Assembly: GCA_026988025.1 (NCBI GenBank)
Contig: JALSMB010000008.1
Location: 1,335 to 65,334 of the forward strand
DNA: 64,000 nt
Direction: 5' to 3'
From: Candidatus Altimarinota bacterium
Lineage (GTDB): Bacteria > Patescibacteriota > Gracilibacteria > BD1-5 > UBA6164
This document shows positions 60,197 to 64,000 of the stretch, piece after piece (position 1 is the first letter of the stretch; every line of letters begins with the position of its first letter). Made by a program: the position numbers and the translations under genes. A model generated the notes under the pieces. That model searched no databases, was not told the DNA's origin, and saw only the letters and a list, made by a program, of their open reading frames with translations.

Positions 60197-61829
60197 AGGT
60201 TTTTCACATAATTATGAATCTATAAATAATAATGAAGGAATAATAAAGCAAAATATTCCTTCTTTTAATGATGCAGAAAATAATATAAAACAAAATTATG
60301 AAAATAATTTAGAGGGAGAAGGTTCAGATGATTTAGCATTAAAGCAATATAAAGAGCTACAACAATTAAAAAAACAAAAAGAAAGTCCTGTATTACAGGA
60401 AACAAAGGAATGATTAGATAAAGAAGCAATGATAAATGAAGCAAAGACAATGCTTTATGAAAAATTATGAATAGATGAAAATCAAAATAATAATAGTAGT
60501 TTTGAAAATTTTGAAAAATGAATAGTAGATGAATTAGTTTTAAATAATTATTATTTAGCTATTCATGTTTGGGAAACTAATTGAAAAATAATACTTGATT
60601 GATTAAGTCAGTTAGCAAGTTGGGAGTGATTAAAACAAATAGCAGAAGCAATATGAGAAAGTTTTATGAGTTTATTTACTTGAAATGCTTATGAAAAATG
60701 AAAAGTAGTAGCTGAATTATGATTAATATGAACTTGAATTTGAGCATGAGTATATATTTGAAAGAAAACTGTTAAGTTATGAATGAAACAAATATCAAAA
60801 TTAAGAGTAAATAAAGAAAGTTTAGTAAATAGTCCTGATGTAAAAGAAGTAGTTTGAGAAACTAATAGCAAGGTTGCTAATATAGTTCCAAAAAGAGAAT
60901 TTGATTTCGAAAATAAATTAGCTGATAATTTGTCAGAAGAACAGTTAAAGCAATTAAAAGATTTAAAACAAAAACTTGAAGATAAAGAATTTATAAAAAA
61001 TAGATTAGATTTAAAAGAATTTGAAAAATTAAATATTGACTGACAATTAGAAAAACTTTGAATACCAAAAGAATATTATGAATTATTGAATAAAAGTTGA
61101 TTTTTACCAGAAAACTTTGATATAGTAGATAGATATAAAAAATTACAATATAGAGATGAAGTTTTCACTAATAAAAAAATAATAAACTATCAATCTATGG
61201 TAGAAGAAGCAATTAATAAATACCCAGATTTGACTGAAACAGAAGCATTATTAATTTTTGCTTCAACAGATAAGTTTTTATTTGAAAATGTTAATACTAA
61301 ATTAAGAAGTTGAGATAAATTAAATATTTGAGAAAAAAGATTAGTTGATACTTTTAATGATTGATTAGATAAACTACCTGATTTAGATTGAAAAACTTTA
61401 AGATGAGATAAATGGGCTTGATGGTTAGTTAAAAATGCTGATGATTTTAAAGGAATTCAAAATTTAGATATATTTAATGATATTGATATATCTAAATTAA
61501 AAAGATGAGATGAAATTCCTTTAAATGCTCCTACTTATGTTTCAAATAATGTAAATGATATTTTCATAATACCAGAGCATAAAAAAAATAATACATTAAT
61601 TATAATTAAATGAATGGAATGACAAGTAAAAGATATATCATCATTAGCAATGTTTCCAAGATTTGCTGAAAAATTATGATTTAGAGAAATTTGATATGAA
61701 TGAGTAGTTAAACCAAATTCACTTGTAAAAGTAGAAAATATAAAACAAAGAAAAAAGGAATTACCTGATTGAAAATGATGAAAATTTATAGGAACAATTA
61801 TTGAAGTAAGAGTAAAACAAGTTAAATAA
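60192..61829 (+). CDS. Polymorphic-toxin-like protein with a C-terminal ADP-ribosyltransferase (R-S-E class) domain
   Basis: C-terminal region TETEALLIFASTDKFLFENVNTKLRSG, TLRGD (Arg motif), APTYVSNNV (STS-like) and GYEGVVKPNSLVKV (catalytic Glu region). Central Gly-zipper LGLIGTGIGAGVYIG. Confidence 0.6.
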
Positions 61830-61884
61830 TTACATTATTTTAAATAATAGTGTATAATATACTAAATAATTAATTATATATATT

Positions 61885-62697
61885 ATGAGTAATTGAAATA
61901 ATACATCATCTGAAAAATGATTTACAGATAAATTATTTGATAAAATAGAGGAAGAAAATAATTTATATTTTCAAAAATCACAAAAAGAAAAAAAACAATA
62001 TTGGGTATGAATAATAACAAGAGTTTTTCATGAGCTTGAAAATTGAGAAAAAATAGATATTTCTGAATATAGAGAAACAGAACCTAATATAGACTTATTT
62101 TTAAATGATATTATTTATAATATTGAAAGTTATCATTGGGAAGGTAGAGAAGATATTATCAATAATTATTTTATATTAGATAATCAAGCAAAAAAAGCAT
62201 TAGAAATTCAATCAAACATTTCTAATAATGCAGAACAAGTAGAAAATACTATTTCTTCAAAAACTGATAAAATAGAATGAATTAATATATCTAATGAAGA
62301 ATTAGCAGAAAAAGTATGAGATTTATTTTATGATAGTTTATCATCATTTATATCTTCTTTATGAGAACAAATAGACAATAAAGAAATATCTGAATTATTA
62401 AAAGAAGCAAGTAAAAATATAATGAATGCTTGGAATATATGCCTTCCATATGTAAGTGATGATTTTCCAGAAATGAAACATACAGCAGATGTTAAATGAT
62501 TAGATATTGGTAGGGAAGAATTAGTAAAAGGAATTTCAAATTTAGGAAATACTGAATTATCTGATTTTTTAGAAAAATTCTCATTAAAAATAGAAAAAGA
62601 TTGAGAAGCTGATAAATGAAGATGAAGAATAAAGTTAGCAAATGAGTTATTTACCTGTTCTGATAAATTAAAGAAATCAAGTGATATACTAAAATAA
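61885..62697 (+). CDS. Hypothetical protein, candidate immunity partner of the upstream ART toxin
   Basis: 270 codons immediately downstream of the toxin gene and cytoplasmic-looking. The call rests on context only. Confidence 0.35.
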
Positions 62698-62708
62698 TTT
62701 AGACAAAA

Positions 62709-62748
62709 GAAAAAGACCTATTTAATTATAGGTCTTTTTCTCTTTTTA
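62709..62748 (+). terminator. Rho-independent terminator
   Basis: aaaaagacctat / ataggtcttttt 12-bp stem with a 6-nt loop and a T-rich tail. Confidence 0.75.
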
Positions 62749-62832
62749 TTAGCATTAGACTTTTTGTGTATTTGAGGCTGATAATAGATATCAAACTCCA
62801 AATAGGTAATTAAATCTAACGTTGTTACATTC

Positions 62833-62967
62833 ATGGTCGGGTATAGTACATAAGATTAGAACTGAGGTAGAAGAATTTGATGGATATGTAAATATAGCTA
62901 AATTGCATTAAAAAGGATAATATGCTAAAATTATTATACTAAATAAATAATAATTTTAGTAAATGGA
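62833..62967 (+). repeat. Copy B of the duplicated upstream leader of the toxin cassettes
   Basis: See 60062-60196. There are 9 mismatches in the first 50 nt, followed by 85 identical nt. Confidence 0.9.
62903..62931 (+). promoter_or_regulatory. Sigma-70-type promoter candidate (TTGCAT-N17-TAAAAT), paralogous copy
   Basis: Identical to 60132-60160. Confidence 0.55.
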
Positions 62968-64000
62968 GGGACTTTCACATAATTATGAATCTATAAACAA
63001 TAATGAAGGAATAAAAGAACAAAATATTCCTTCTTTTAATGATGTGGAAAATAATATAAAACAAAATTATGAAAATAATTTATCAAAAGAAGGATCAAAT
63101 AATTTGGCATTAAAGCAGTTAAAGGAACAACAACAATTAAAAGAACAAAAAGAAAGCCCTATATTACAAGAAACAAGGGAATGATTAGATAAACAAGCTA
63201 TGATTAATGAAGCAAAAACTATGCTTTATGAAAAACTTTGAATTAATGATAATCTATGAAATAATAATTGGTGAGAAAATTTCTGAAAATGATTGGTAGA
63301 TACTTTGATTTTAGATAATTATGATTTAGCTATTCAAGTATGGGAAACAAATTGAAAAGTAATTATTGATTGAATAAAACAATTGTTTAGTTCATTGGAA
63401 AATATGAAAAAAGTAGCAGAAGCTTTGTGAGAAAGTGTTATGTGATTGTTTAGTTTAGATTGATATCAGACTTGAAAAAGTATAGCAGAGCTATGATTGA
63501 TATGAAGTTGAGTATGAGCATGAGTATATGTTTGAAAAAAGACAGTTAAATTGTGAATGAAACAAATATCAAAATTAAGAAAGTCTGCAGAGAGAGTTGT
63601 TGAGAGTTCTAAAACTAAGCAAGTAATTTGAAAAACAGTTTCAAAAGTTGATGAGATAATACCTAAAAAAGAAGTAGATATTGAGGCATTAGCTAAAAAA
63701 AGAGTTGATATAAAAGAGAAAGTTGAGTGATTGGAAAAATTATGAATTCCTGAAAGTATTTCAAGAGATATGCTAGAAAGTTGATTATTAAATGAAAAAT
63801 TTTATTGATGAGATTTATTAAAAAGATTTGATGCATTACAAAAGAAATGAATTGGTTATAATACTATGGTCGATGATGTAATAAAGCAAATTCCTGATTT
63901 AACAAGGGATGAAGCATTATTAATATTTACTTATACTGATGAACTTTTATATAGAAATTTAAATTGATATATGAGATGAATATGAGAAATTGTTAATAAA
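62963..64000 (+). CDS. Paralogous polymorphic-toxin-like protein (ART-type); 3' end lies outside the window
   Basis: The N-terminal 200 aa are roughly 80-90% identical by eye to the 60192 product. It retains LGLIGSGVGAGVYVG and DLTRDEALLIFTYTDELLYRNLNGYMRG, the start of the ART domain. Confidence 0.6.

Noticed and set aside
60017-64000. The duplicated block with similar terminators at 60017 and 62709 and repeated leaders could be an insertion sequence or other mobile element.
   Set aside because: No transposase, integrase or terminal inverted repeats are present. The repeats are direct and correspond to the promoter, leader and 5' coding region of paralogous toxin genes.

Overview
This is a very AT-rich bacterial window in which TGA is a sense codon for glycine. 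Invariant Gly positions in the AtpA and AtpD P-loops, the RLFGN motif of subunit a and a GGGPGG FAD-binding motif are all TGA, while Trp is TGG. That is genetic code 25, so the source is probably a Gracilibacteria (BD1-5) or Absconditabacteria (SR1) type CPR genome. The supplied six-frame ORF track uses the standard code and is badly fragmented. I re-derived all CDS by hand using TAA and TAG as the only stops, and coordinates include the stop codon.

Gene content in order:
- 1-2000: a partial secreted beta-propeller protein.
- 2130-10079: an F-type ATP synthase operon, atpB-E-F-H-A-G-(orf)-D-C. Its c subunit is a single 504-aa polypeptide made of six fused c hairpins. Its delta subunit is very short.
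- 10155-37845, plus 37857-40385: about 27.7 kb of roughly 29 co-directional, tightly packed genes. They start with a His-Xaa-Ser (Hxs) system: two HxsD-like genes, the HxsB rSAM/SPASM maturase, and the HxsA repeat peptide. The block then runs through 10 radical-SAM domains in 8 genes, two of which are didomain fusions. It also holds a HemN-like rSAM, a flavin-dependent halogenase, three P4H-like 2OG oxygenases (one frameshifted) and a YcaO. Further genes are TPR proteins, a FISUMP-domain protein and an embedded module of carbamoyltransferase, SGNH hydrolase, GT2 and GT-C. A convergent A24 peptidase and an HExxH-type hydroxylase flank the block.
- 40454-59538: housekeeping genes (rpoD, dnaG, tmk, trmB, ADP-forming acetyl-CoA synthetase, a DsbA/rhodanese redox group, lgt, gdh, ABC-F).
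- 60017-64000: two paralogous ADP-ribosyltransferase-type polymorphic toxin cassettes that share an identical promoter and leader.

I recognised no rRNA, tRNA, CRISPR array, transposase or integrase. The two most unusual items are the hexa-hairpin c subunit and the Hxs-anchored radical-SAM mega-cluster.
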